From Octopus vulgaris (lineage: Eukaryota), in the NCBI GenBank assembly GCA_951406725.2, contig OX597823.1, positions 47,306,001 through 47,370,000 on the forward strand: a stretch of 64,000 bases of DNA. The letters run 5' to 3'. The position numbers and the translations under genes are program-made. This document shows positions 26,086 through 40,030 of the stretch, one piece after another. The number at the start of each line of letters is the position of its first letter. Positions within the stretch are counted from its first letter, which is position 1. The notes under the pieces were generated by a model. The model did not search any database, was not told the DNA's origin, and saw only the letters and a list, made by a program, of their open reading frames with translations.

Positions 26086-27175
26086 GTTGTGAAATAATAA
26101 CACCGGTATTCGTATAACGAAATAAAATTACATATAGGGAAAGTATTTCAAAATTCTCTTATTTAGAGCTTTCCAGATCCCTGAAGAATTATATTTTTAT
26201 ACACTGTAAGATCCTCAAACATTTCTATCATACCCTACAATCTTCACTGTTCCTTTAGCTTCCTCTTTACTAGAAAGTATTTTTACCTATTCATTAATTT
26301 AGTAAAATGTCGCTCCGTTACCTATTATTATAAATTACTGTGGCCATCACTTGCAAAAGATTTTGGGATTTCTGTGTAGGATATTATAGTTTCTCTCTAC
26401 ATATCTTGTAAACCTTCTTGCAGTCGTAATCCCTTTTTACCAGTTCTAATTTCAATAAATTAAAAAACTTCCTCTCTTCATGTATTTTCTTCTGTAACAA
26501 CCAACACATCTGTCCTATGATATACTTGGCTATCCATTGTTTTATAGCAGATCTAAAATTATTCTCCCTACTTTCTGCGACACGGCATATATTGCTCGTT
26601 TTTTTATCTTCAACCAAAAATGTATGTACACATGTGTGTGTATATATATATATATGTTTGTATATGTGTGTATGTATATATGGCTGTGTATACAGGTATA
26701 TATGTGCATACATGTATATATATATACATACATATACATATATACTTAATTAAGAGAATAAGGTGTACATATATATATATATATATAACATACGTTAATG
26801 AAACTTTGCAAACTGCTACTCTGAGTTACAGTTTGGGAAGTTTGACCGTAAGTTTTATTTTATGATTCTACTTCATCGTATTGAGTCCTTTTTTCATTGG
26901 ATTATTTATATATATATACACACACACACAGACATGCACGTACATATATACATATATATACACTTATATACAGATACATATATATATAAACATATACGTA
27001 TATGTGTACACACACACATGTGTATAATATATGTATATACACACATATATATACATATGTATACACATACATATATATATATACATATACATTCATATAT
27101 ACATATACATGTATTTATACATAGTTATATATATATGTATTTATGTATACATATACAATGTCTATGTACATACAT

Positions 27176-27206
<31 letters not shown>

Positions 27207-27308
27207 CACGCATACATATATATTTATATATATATATATACACACATGTCTATATATATATCTACATACATATATATACACACATATATATACACACACA
27301 CACACACA

Positions 27309-27373
<65 letters not shown>

Positions 27374-30253
27374 TATATATATATCCATACATATAAATGT
27401 ATATACATACACACACACACCTATATATGTGTGTGTTTAGGGAAAATTTCAATACAGTATGAAATGCTACCTGCGCTGTGTTTGATGTCTTTCCAATACC
27501 TTTGATGTGATGTGATGTCATATGTATATATATGTGTATATATATATATGTATATATATATATAATATATATATATATATATAAACACACACTTAATGTT
27601 AAGGCAGTTGTTTATGTAATTTAGCCTAAAACAATGTACTGTTTCCATATGCTCATTGTCAAGTGTCTGCATCTTTCTGCATTTACTGTCTTTTTACTAA
27701 TTGCATCGGCCTTTATTAGAGCTTAACTTCATAATTTTAAAACTACATTAGAGCTGAATGTTAACAAACTACCATGAGACGCGTAGAGAAATATGTGTCT
27801 ATGTAAATATATATATGTATATATATGTGTGTTTATATGTTTATATATATATATATCATATGTATGTGAGTATATATATATGTACGTACATATATGCGTG
27901 CATATATAGTTTTTTTCAAATACTGTTTAAATCCACACATGCCAATGTGCTCGAATGAAAAGCAAATGGGAAAGCGAGATGAAATTTTAAAAAGTGGGTG
28001 GAGGGGAATGGTCATTTTCTTAGAACATTTGCCGAGAATATTTTAAAATAATCAATAACTGTTGCTTTGACTACCGGCTTTCCACTTATAATACACACTG
28101 AACAGTATTTTTACTATTTCAAGCCTTCTTGGGAATTTGCAGTTTATTCCCAGCCTTATCTACTTCTGTTCCATCCTAATCTTCTTCACATCATGAAATC
28201 AAATGTACACGCTGACAGGTTTTCCATACTCTTTTTTTTTTTTTTTTCGTTTTTTTTTTGTCTTTATATCTTTTTGCTGCTTCTTATTATTATTTCTTTG
28301 TTGATTCTTTCATCTGGTGCCTTTTCTTTGTTTCTTGTGAGCACTCATTCCTTCCCTCCACACACACACACACACACACCACCCATCCCTTTTTTTTTCT
28401 TTTATTCATTATCTGTCTGTGTTTGTGCCTTCTTTGTATTCTGTCATCGCCTTCTCGCTACAGCCACCCCACCCTCACCCACCCACTACATCTCTCCTCC
28501 ACGTCGCTCTTACCCGATCTAAAAGTCTTTCATTATAGCATGTACCTATAATATACTAAGCCGACTCAGTTATAGCAATACTAATACAACTGCTTCCATG
28601 TGTGTGTGTGTGTGTGTATGTATGTATATATGGCTAAATGACTATGTCTTTGAGTCTATACTGGTTCTTCCCTTGTCTTTTTTTTTGTCTTTTTTTACCT
28701 TGCTTTAACTTCGTGTTGATTGACTTGCCACTAATAAAACATAGAGTACCGGCTGTCGTTAAATATCCTTAAAATGACAATAACATTCCAACACACACAA
28801 CACAAGACTGACCACCACACCAACCTTTTACAACATAACTGGACAATGGAAGAGCTCTCTGTTGGCTAGCTCATTTGTACTTAGTTATCCGAGTGTTTGT
28901 TGCTTGTTAGTAGTTGGTTCTACCTGTCATGATGGTCTTCGACTTATGCAGTAGAAGTGTATGTACGGCATGATGTGAGGCTGCATGTGTTGGAGAAGCG
29001 AGACGAAGGCGCAATCCTCTTAACTTACTTCACTTGTTTTTCTTCTACACAAACACACACACACACACACATACATACACATATATAGATAGGCGTATAT
29101 AGACTTTTTTTTTGTTACACGCATACATCTTATTGCTTCGGTCTTTATATAATTATTACTGTTGTTATTATTTTATCTGCTATTGTGCTTTTGTGTATAT
29201 GTATTTCATTCACATGGTACCGATTGTAAAACTTGTGCCTACCATTGAACAAATGCTATACTACTACTACCACTACTGCTGCTGCTGCTGCTGTTGTTGT
29301 TTTTCTTCTTTTTCATTGTCTGTCTGTGACTGTCTGAAACATACACGCACTCATTCACATGCAGACATTGTCCCCACACACACACATCGTTTACACACAC
29401 ACACACACATACACAGCGCTGGGCCACTGCTGAAAGTAATAATAACTAGTGATACAAGCAAGCAACTGGTGTGTTAGACAGATGGACATCTCAAGTCTGT
29501 TTAGATATCATTAGCATTACCAGTCTATAATAATGTTATTGCGTGATCCATTCACATTTTGCTTTATTGATATTAACACTGTTTTCTCTTCCGGGGACAT
29601 AGAAACCAGTCAGTTTTTTTTTTTTTTTTCCATTTTGTAATTGTCATTTTTTGAATTTAAAAAAAAAATTATTTTACAGACTTGAAAGGAAGCAAAAATA
29701 TAAATTGGCATAAACTATTTGATGTTTTCTATAATTCTTAACTTCCAAGAATTTGTTATATAATTTTGGAACATATTTAGTGCATGCTGTCTTATTTATA
29801 TACTTCTGTCTTGGAATAATTTAATTTTGACTATTAAAAATGTCTTTTATAAACTGGATATTTTAGGTCACTCCATAGAACTTATTCAATAATAATTCTG
29901 ATGATTATGTAAAATGGTCATCTGTAAGCTTACCACTGCTTCAATTTATGTTGCAGCTGTCCAAGTTGACTGTTAGCTTTATCAGGTGATGATTTGATGG
30001 TTCATATTCCATGAACAACACTATGATATAATCGACAGAAAACAACACTTTAAATAACTCTTGCTAGATGAGGCTCCTTAAAGATATTAGAAGACAGCAG
30101 GTTAGGGTTAGGCCTTCTTTAGTGTATCTTTGTCTGACTAAAATCTTACAGCAATATCTTGCCCCAACAGCAATCCAGTGGCTTACATCAGAGGTTCTCA
30201 GACAATACCAGTCTTTCTGCAAAATAAAAACTAACTAAATAAATAAAAATACA

Positions 30254-30905
30254 TAGGTGCAGGCATGGTTGGTTGCGTGGTAAGAAGCTGGCAGAATTGT
30301 TAGCATGCCGGGCGGAACGGTTAGTGGTATTTCATCTGCCGCTACGTTCTGAGTTCAAATTCCGCAGAGATCGACTTTGCTTTTCAGCCTTTCGGGGTCG
30401 ATTTAATAAGTACCAGTTACGCACTGCGGTGGATATAATCGACTTAATCCGTGTGTCTGTCCTTGTTTGTCCCCTCTGTGTTTAGCCCCTTGTGGGTAGT
30501 AAAGAAATAGGTATTTCATCTGCCGCTACGTTCTGAGTTCAAATTTTGCTGAGGTCGACTTTGCTTTTCATCCTTTCGGGGTCAATTAGATAAGTACCAG
30601 TTACACACAGGGGTCGATATAATCGACTTAATCCGTTTGTCTGTCCTTGTTTGTCCCCTCTGTGTGTAGCCCCTTGTGGGTAGTAAAAAAAATAAGAAGC
30701 TTCTGTGTGTGTGTTTGTGTCTTGGAAATTGGTGTTGGTGTGCTTGCACCCCATGACTTAGCAGTTTGGCAAAAGAGATTGGTGGAATAAGTACCAGGCT
30801 TCAAAGAAAGAGAAAATAAGTAACGTGGTCTATTCATTCAGCTAAAAATTCTTCATGGCACTGCCCCGGCATGGCCACAGTCTAATGACAGAAACCAGTA
30901 AGAAA
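30254..30905 (+). mobile_element. SINE B interrupted by a SINE A dimer (30286-30692)
   Basis: TAAGAAGCT duplicated at 30281-30289 and 30693-30701; two head-to-tail A units between them. Confidence 0.85.
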
Positions 30906-30992
30906 TTATAAAAAAAGATACAAGATTAATGGAACTAGTTTTATCTCCTCTCTTTGTTAACGAGAAGACAAACTAGAGCTTAGATTCATTAA

Positions 30993-31188
30993 CCAAATTT
31001 GATGGTATGTAAGACCCACTTTCTTTCCAAGAAACTGTCTCGAGAAATCAACTTGGTCCTATTTGGGAAGTTTGGGCTTATATTACTTTACTTCAATGCT
31101 CCAAAAACAACTTCTTACCTGCATGTGCGTTGCTGAAATTGGGGTGCATCTAATACCCCTGTGCTGTCTTTTATGCCATCGAATATTG
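30993..31188. mobile_element. Tc1/mariner-pogo-type MITE
   Basis: Imperfect TIRs CCAAATTTGATGGTATGTAAGAC / GTCTTTTATGCCATCGAATATTG. Confidence 0.55.
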
Positions 31189-32325
31189 TCATTCTTCTTT
31201 CTTTCACCATGATGTTGGACAGGTTTAAAAAGTTTAAAGCCATCTTCATTTTTACAAACATGGCTATTTCTCTACCCCCTTTTTTTTTTTTTCAATTTTC
31301 CTTGACTACTTCCAGTAAGGGCTTGCACTACAGCCCTACTTATGAGAAGCACTGTTATGGGACAAAACAGCAGTGTTTCCTTTAATTCCGTTTTCGGTCT
31401 GCCACCCGTTTGTTCAATGATAACTTCATATTATCAACATCTATCTTAATTCTAATTTTTAAAGTGATGAATATCAGAAAACCATATACATTTTCATTGA
31501 TGTTTTTTTATGTTGTTTTTAGTTTTTTTTTATTTATTTCATTTTGCAATCGACATTCTTTAAGTTTTTTTCTATTAGGAATGAAATCTCAACAAGCTGC
31601 TCCCCCACCCTTTCCCCCACCTCCATCTTCCATCACCCACCTTATTTTAGAATGAGTGCAGTGTTTGTCTAAGTAATCTTGATATCTTTAAAATATGTTA
31701 TCAAGTCCAAAGATGTCTTTCACTATATTGTGTTTCTTAGAATCATGCTTTCCCTAAGTTATAAAGAAAATACTTTCCTTATATTTCCTAATATTTTTTT
31801 TTTACATTTGTTTCCTTTTTTTTTTTTTACACTGGGATTTGTCTGTTAAAATTCTACTTAAAAAAAAATCTTTCTTAAACTCTCTTAAGCATCATATCAG
31901 CTTTTAAATTTATGTTGAGTGTCTATGAAATTCTCATTTTTGCCTTTATCTATTCATCATTCCATTTCTAACCATTAATATTTAAAGCCATTTCTTTTCC
32001 TCACCTTTCAACTCCCCTCACCTCTATCTTTTCAACCACTTGCATTCCAAACTGCTTTTGAATTGTATTCCAGAGAATTTTCTTCAATGCTAATTTTAGT
32101 GTGTTGTAAAAATTGCAAAGTAATATGAATGGTGTAAGGAGGATGGTTTATAAGTGATAAGGTTTACTTTGAAAGGGACATGGAACTTGATTTATTTATT
32201 TTTTCTAATCGTTTATATTCTTCTCCCAAACCATTTCCTCAATGTTTTTCTTTTTAACTCAATCAATATCTGCATTGATATATATATATATATGTGTGTA
32301 TGTGTATGTAAACATACATACATAC

Positions 32326-32374
<49 letters not shown>

Positions 32375-33329
32375 CATGTATGTACAAGTGTGGCTTACAA
32401 ACGGGGAAAGTGAACTCAGTACATGGAGCAGAGTATGTATAATATTTCTTATTAACTGAGAGTTTCATGCTAAAGCACTTCAAACTATATATATATAATG
32501 ATGATGAAATATGTTTACATGTGTATAGTATTTTTGTACATATTTGTGTATATATGCATATAAGTGTGTATCTATTGTATATGTGTATACATATATATAT
32601 ATATGTGTAAATGCATGTACATATGTGTAGGTATATATGTGCGTATGCATGTGAATATGTGTCTATATACATGTGTATATATGTATATCTATCTGTGTGT
32701 GTATGAGTATATGCGTATGTATGTATATGTGTGTGTACAAATATGTAAATGGATGTGAACATTATTGAAGACTGTAGCTAAAAATGCTCTGACTTCCATG
32801 TGACGTAAGATTATTCTCCTTTAATCTTATTTTTAATATTTATTTTTAATTTTGATAAAGTGTGTCAAAATTTTGTTAGATCAGAAACTTTAATATCCAG
32901 ATTGTTGACATTACACACACACACACACACACACACACAAATATATATTTAGTGTGTTTGTGTTGTGTATGGACATACATATTTATATTTGTAAGTGTGT
33001 ATGTGTGTGTGTGGGAATATATAATCTCTTTTAGTCATTGCTAAACATGGAATCGATCTTCTATCGTATCTAGGATAGAGAATTGATAAAAATCTAAAGT
33101 GTATGCGTGACTGAATTTAGTTACTTGCTTTTGATATTCCAAGTTCAAACTGAGTTTACGGTACATCTATTCCAGGTAGCTGAAATGTGTATTAAGCGAG
33201 AACCAGTAATATACTTTGGTCTACTAAAATAATGCATTCCTTGCAAAATCAGTCCCTTTTATTTTGGTTAGATGAAAAAAATCTCTTCTTTTCCTTTTTT
33301 TTTTTTGTTACTGCGTAAGTCTTAATCTG

Positions 33330-33548
33330 CCGACTGGCAGACTTGTTTGCATGCCGGACAAAATGCTTAGCATCCCTTTTTCTGGTTCTTTACATTCTGA
33401 GTTCAAATTCTGCCAAGGCCGACTTTGTCTTTCATCTTTTTCTGGATCAATGAAATAAGTACCAATTGAACAATGGGGTCAATGTAATCAACTAAGTACC
33501 CCTCCCCTCAAAATTTCATCCTTGTGGTTGTAGTTATAAAGGGTTATT
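33330..33548 (+). mobile_element. SINE family A variant (CpG-decayed)
   Basis: TTCTGAGTTCAAATTCTGCC and downstream domain. Confidence 0.8.
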
Positions 33549-33679
33549 TATCTTAAGTCTAATCAATAGATTTGTTTGATTTCATTTGTATTGATTGGTA
33601 GTCGGTGGATAATAAATATTTCTGTTGTATTTTGTCCGGGGAATTGGAAATTGTTTTATCCATGTCTTCTTTTATTCTC

Positions 33680-34110
33680 TTATCTTTTGCTTGTTTTAGT
33701 CATTAGACTGTGGCCATGCTAGGGCACCGCCTTGAAGAACTTTTAGTCGAACAAATCAACCCAAGTACTTATTTGTTTTTAAGCCTGGTACTTATTCTAT
33801 CGGACTCCTTTGCCAAACTGCTTAAGTTACAGGGATATAAACACACCAACATTGGTTGTCAAGCAGTGGGTGTGGGTGGGGGTGGGGGGCAAAGACACTC
33901 ACACACACACACATAGATAAATATATGCATACATAAATGATGGGCTTCTTCTAGTGTCTGTTTAACAAATCCATTCACAAGGCTTTGATCAACCTGAGGT
34001 TATAGTAAAAGACACTGAGGTTATAGTAAAAGACAAGGTGCCATGCAGTGAGTGGGACAGAATCTGGAAACATGTGGCTGGGAAGCAAATTTCTTACCAC
34101 ACAGCCACAG
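33680..34110 (-). mobile_element. SINE family B
   Basis: Complete reverse copy; small tandem duplication TGAGGTTATAGTAAAAGACA. Confidence 0.85.
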
Positions 34111-34226
34111 AGGTTTAAAAGATGTAACTAAAGTAAATTTACTTTGAAAGTCAAATTTAGATTTGTAATACACCTTACCGAGTGCCTGCCTTCCTCTTGA
34201 CACACTTCTTGTATCGTTATTAAATA

Positions 34227-34627
34227 CTAGCAGTATCACCCGGCATTGCTCGGGTTTGTTTCGACCCTTTAGAATTGGAATTTTTGAAAAGTAAAAATTT
34301 TGCATTATGTAGCTTGTTATTCTCTTTAAGTGATCATTTTTCTGGTTGAAATACACCGAAAAATGGCGACACAGCAGTAAAAAAATTGCATTTTCATAGA
34401 AAAAAGGGATTTTCATAGAAAAAAAGCACCTTTTTGATGTAAATAATTTTTGGTGTTAACATGGTCCAATTTGAATTTTTTTCTTCTATGGAAGGAAGAG
34501 CAAGCCTTCTTCAATCATACTCTCAATTTTGGTCAACTTGCGCCGCAGGGTATCGGAGAAAATAGTGTTAGTTGAAGGCTACCAAACCAGCTATACAGAG
34601 ACAACTTCAGCTTTATATATAGAGAGA
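34227..34627 (-). mobile_element. Non-autonomous Helitron (complete, 401 bp)
   Basis: Minus strand starts TC(TCTCTATATATAAAG) and ends CTAG; subterminal hairpin ACCCGAGCAATGCCGGGT (34238-34255); inserted between A and T without TSD. Confidence 0.85.
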
Positions 34628-34782
34628 TTTGAAAAAACAGTCTCCAATATAGTTATTAAGCTGATATTCATTTAGACTTGCAAACTCTTACCCTCATAAA
34701 AATTTCTTTTTCTGGGCAAGTGGGGTCTTTAGAGATTCTACAAAGAAATTGTCTCTTGGTTGAGAATGGCTTTATCATTATA

Positions 34783-35176
34783 GGGCTAGGTCCGGTTTAT
34801 GGTTAAAAAGTTTGTTGTGCCAACAACGTGGTTGTAGGTTCAGTCTTACTGCAAGGCACTTTGGATAAGTGTCTTCAGCTTTAGTCCTGAGCCAACCAAA
34901 GAGGTGTGTGATTGGATTTAGTAGACAGAAACTGAAAGAAGCCCATTCTAAGAATGTATGTATATATACTTCTGGTCACTTCAGCAATGTTACTACACAG
35001 GTGCTGTTGGCAATTTCTTTTCATTCTGCGTCTTTCCCCTTTCTTATTTCCAATGAAGAGCTATGCTTGAAATGTCAGAGACCCTCTCTTTTTATTGACC
35101 ATCAAACTAATACATCCCTTGTGCTCCTCGTCTTGTTGACTGTTATCGTTAATTTCATTGTTCATTTATTTGAATT

Positions 35177-35211
<35 letters not shown>

Positions 35212-35488
35212 TGTATGTATGTATATAAATACATATGTATGTAAGAATGTATGTACATATGTTTGTGTGTATTTATGTATATGTGTATGCATGTGTGTAT
35301 CTATTATTTTATTGCCTTGACATCAATGATGTCTGGTCAGTGGGGAAATATTACCTTATCAGAGAAACAGGTGAGGGTTGGGGACAGGGAGGGCATCCGA
35401 CCATGGAAAAAATCCACCTAAAAAAATTTTGCCTGACCCATGTGAGCAAGGAAAAGTGGCTGTTTAACCTATGATGATGATGATGATG
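34783..35488 (+). mobile_element. SINE B head plus RTE-like tail, with a Penelope-like insert (about 34970-35180) in the linker
   Basis: Head 34783-34945; tail 35300-35488 ending (GAT)n. Confidence 0.7.
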
Positions 35489-36320
35489 TCATAAAAGTAA
35501 TTAAGTTAATATTGTTTTAGACTTGCAACTCTTGACCTAGTAGAAATATCTACTCTGTGTGTGTATGTGTGTGTGTGTGTGTGTGCAGGTAGGGGATGGT
35601 GGTGGTGATGAAATTTTGGGATTCTGCAAGGGAGTTGTTTCTAGGTTGTAAAATGTTTTATCATTATTCTCATTGTTTTCACTAGATTTATTTTTCCTTA
35701 ATGTTGATTTTTTTGTTTTTTAAGGATGTAGATGCTAAAATTAATGCAAGGTTGTTTAATGTTATGCAATAAATTATGATGTAGACAAGACTACTATTTT
35801 TGTTATACGTGGAACTGGGGGAAATCGCATTGAAGTGAGGTGAGGAACTAAGAAGTAAGGGAATATGGCCAAAAAAAAAAACCAAAATTGCGGAGAGTCT
35901 GTGTTTTACACCTCTCATTGCGGTTCTGTAACACTGGCAGACGTGTATACAATGTAAACAGTCGTACATATACGCAGGTGTGTTGGTTGAACGAAATTAC
36001 TAATGATGAAATATATGTGGGTGAATATCAAAGTAGGTTATGAGTGTGTGCATAGTTATACACATACACACACACACACACACAGACTTGTAGTAAGGGG
36101 AAATGAAGTCATAGAAAATCTAATTACGAGCACAGTCTTTTGTTTCTTCAGAGTTTAATGTCTCTATGTATCTGATCCTTTTTTTTAAAAACTGTGTTGA
36201 AATTGTGAAGGGTACGGAGTCGTTATGTAGTCTCTGGACTTGCTAGAAATAGTTGCAAAATCTCACCCGAATCACTCCCTACCATCAAAGGAGAAGAAAA
36301 AAAAAAAAAAAAGAAAAAGT

Positions 36321-36715
36321 CATGGCTGTGTGGTAAGAAGCTTGCTTCCCAACCACATGGTTCTAGGTTCAGTCCCACTATGTGAGACATTGGGGCAAGT
36401 GTCTTTTACTATAGCCTTGGGCCAATCAAAGCACTAAGAGTGGATTTGGTTGAAGGAAATTAAAAGAAGTCCATCCTATATATGCGTGTGTCTGTGTCTG
36501 TCCACCACCACTGCTTGACAAACAATGTTGGTGTGTTTATGTCTACATAACTTTGCAGTTTGACAAACGAGACTAACAGAATTAGTACCAGGCGTAAGAA
36601 GAATAAGTACTAAGTGCTGGGGGTCAATCCATTCAACAAAGTATTCTTCAAGGCAGTGCCCCAACATGGTCGCGGTCTAATGACAGGAACAAGTAAAAGA
36701 TAGAAGATAAAATGA
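36321..36715 (+). mobile_element. SINE family B nested in a family F repeat (36210-36845)
   Basis: F sequence resumes after the B tail. Confidence 0.8.
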
Positions 36716-38807
36716 AAATAAAAGGCACATATTTTTATGTAATCCAAAATTCAGTGTACCTGAAAAATAAGATGGGATGGTCATAATCAGAATGGCTTTG
36801 CTTGTAATTGTTTTTCTCATCTCGATCTGGGGCTAAAAAAACAACCCTTCAGATGTACTTTATGGTCAGTGAGTGTGTGTGTGTATATTTTTCTATTTTT
36901 AATATGTATGTATAAGGGTGTGCATATACTCTGGCTTCTCTGCACTGCAGAATGTTAGGTGAGCTGGATTTAGAGTTGTTTGAAAGATGTTGATATATTT
37001 TTGGATACAATAGCCTGTATGTAGATTGACATACTTCTGGGAAGTCGTTTTATTATGACTTTCTAGAGAAGATAAACCCTAACATTAATATAGAAAAATG
37101 ATGCTTATTTTGCAACTGTTTAAAGAGAGGTATAAGTTGTTGTCTTATTGAGCTGTCTTATATTAAGTAAAATTCCCTACTAATTGTATGTATGTTTGGA
37201 TAAGTACTATAGTCGTGTTTATACTATTTCACACATATGGTTATGCACACACACATACACATCTAAGTATAGTGACTTAGAGCAAGCATTCGAGACGCTG
37301 TATTGCATGTATTTTCTTTTTACCCTTTCCGACATTCAAAAGCAGATGTGAGGGTGATGGTTATAGTATTTATAATGGTGAGTCACTAAAAGACGATGAT
37401 GAAAAACGTGGATTGTTTTGAGAGTAAGGGACACGTGTTCATTTAATAAATAGGATTTTTGGTTTAAATTTTCTCTACTCTTAGGCTTTTGAAACTGCTA
37501 GAAGTTTTATAAATATACTTAATATATCAATATATAATTCATTGATATGAATTTATTTACTATCAGCCCAAATAGCACAAATGATATTGCTTTGAATAAA
37601 TATCAGTTTCTGTGAGTTTGCACTTTGTTGACCTATTTAGTATTGCACACTTGCTATTATTCTTAGAAAGACAAAAGAGAGAGGTGGAGTACTGCCTTTG
37701 CTCTGCCTAACCCTGCCTAAACTATGCAACTTTAGAGTAACAGCAAGACTTGGCAGAAAGCATTGGACTTTAGTTTGTAAGGGTAAGTCAGGATCGCATG
37801 TGGGGCTCTTTGAACCACCCTGTATTGTTGCTCTACAATACCAGTGAGACTTTCTTTACATTGTCACCTAACTTAATAATCCTTACTTTTCATCTCTGTG
37901 GAATGGTTAAAATTCATTTATAGATTTGGAGCCCTTTACTCTCTCTCTCTCTCTCTCTCTCTCCCCGTTTCATTATACAAGTGATCAAACCTTACCAACT
38001 TTACCTTTCATCTTTAGCAGCATTCTGCCTGGCTTTATGTTTTTATATATTATTGTGGTGCACCTGAGCAATGTATACAATAATTTCATTATTATTATTT
38101 AATATATATATATATATATATACAGAGAGGGAGACAGAGAGAAAGATTCAACACATCGCATACATATTTCAGGTTACCAAAGAAAAAAAAGAGTACTCTA
38201 TGTATGAAGAGTTTACTTATTTGCAACCAGCTGACAGCTCACTCCATCACTTCTCAGTTTCTTACCTGTGATCATTTAAGCAACAAATAATGAATGAAGC
38301 GGCTTGATTTTATGTGTGTGTGTGTGTGTGTGTATATATGCGTGTGTTCTTTGTGTGTACGTTTGTCTTAACAATCACTGTTGGTAATAAACATCGCCAC
38401 CTGCCTCAGCAGTTTCTGTCTCACCCATGCAAGCACGGAACAGTGTATGACAAATGATGATGGTGAAGATGATATACTTGGGTATCTCTGTGTGTTTGTC
38501 TTGATGCAATGTGTTGATTGTAAACACTCCCTATTCATACAAAACAATGTCATTTGTTGGGCCATGTTCTGTGAATGAAAACACATCTGGCCATTAATCT
38601 GTTTGTATTCAAAAGACTGGGCTAGAAATATTACTTTGCTTAGTTGGTGATAGGAAGTGCATCAGACCAAAGGAAACTTCCCTCAACAAATTTAGTCTCA
38701 CATGTACACGCACCAAAAAGTAACCCTTAAAGGGATGATACTGATATACATGTATGCATGCATCTATCCATCCATACATACATATATAAATACATACATA
38801 TGTGTAC

Positions 38808-38853
<46 letters not shown>

Positions 38854-38933
38854 CTTCTTATCTATCTATCTATCTCTATATATATACATATATCTATCTA
38901 TCTATCTATCTATCTATATATATATATATATAT

Positions 38934-38964
<31 letters not shown>

Positions 38965-39097
38965 TATGATGTATGCATGTATATATATATATATTTATGC
39001 ATGCATAAACGTGTGTGTGTATGCATGTATATATATATATATTTATGCATGCATAAACGTGTGTGTGTATGCATGTATACATATATATATATATATG

Positions 39098-39130
<33 letters not shown>

Positions 39131-39139
<9 letters not shown>

Positions 39140-39444
39140 ATAAATCATGTGTAAGGCCAAAGCAATGTGAAGTAAATGATGCAATGTAAATCACCAGAGA
39201 ACAAATATGTGAATTAACATAGACTTACCTTACATTTTGGGGTTATGAACCCATTTTCAAGAAATTGACGAATGCTGCCAACAACATCACCAACGTTCAT
39301 CAATTTCTTGAAAATGGGTTCATAACCCCAAAATATTGAATACAATGTAAATCTAAATTAATTCACGTATTTGTTTTCTTGTGAATTACCTTGCATTTAC
39401 TTCGCATTGTTTTGGTCTTACCCACAATCTTTTATACAATATAT
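39131..39444. repeat. ~314 bp fold-back element, probably Penelope-derived
   Basis: Perfect 35 bp inverted repeat 39234-39268 / 39300-39334; imperfect arms extend to ATATATTGTATAAA / TTTATACAATATAT. Confidence 0.9.
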
Positions 39445-39679
39445 TCTACACAATGCCTCATTGTAATTATTCCACTATATATATATACACATATATATAA
39501 ATAAAATATTTATATGTATATGTGCATGTATAAATAGATATATATATATGTGTATATATATACTTATTGCATTAGAAAGGTAACTGCTTTCTAGTTTTAC
39601 TGTTTTTATTTATCAGTCTGTTACATTGGTCCTACAAATTTGACCCTTTCATGCCAGTTTGCCGTCATGCATTCTCAAA

Positions 39680-40030
39680 AGGCATTTGAGGTGAGCTGCA
39701 TCACGACATAAAGCGAAACTTGATTGGAATGCATGAGAACAGTGCACGTCCATTTTGTGTTGAATCACCCCATGATACTGGATTATTACTGTTAGAAGAG
39801 GTATAAATTGTGCACCACCAGATTAACATCAACACATCGCAATGTTTGCTGATCATGGAGATTAATCACTGATTGCTGAAAAACAATGGATGTTGTTTCA
39901 AAAATTTGAATCTTGCATTGAACTCACACACCTATTACAAAATGGTTACATTGTCACACTGCAATACCAACCACATCAACCAGAAGATAAGACCATTAAG
40001 GTTTAGTAATGCCCATGGACACAAGAACTT
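39680..40030 (+). pseudogene. Tc1-like transposase N-terminal relic
   Basis: Frameshifted pieces GELHHDIK, ETLIGMHENSA, KRYKL, LHCHTA and HINQKIRPLRFSNAHGHKNF follow the order of Tc1 HTH/linker motifs. Confidence 0.5.

Noticed and set aside
26384-26620. Minus-strand peptide AIKQWIAKYIIGQMCWLLQKK as an exon
   Set aside because: Possibly a LINE remnant, but no diagnostic motif or splice support
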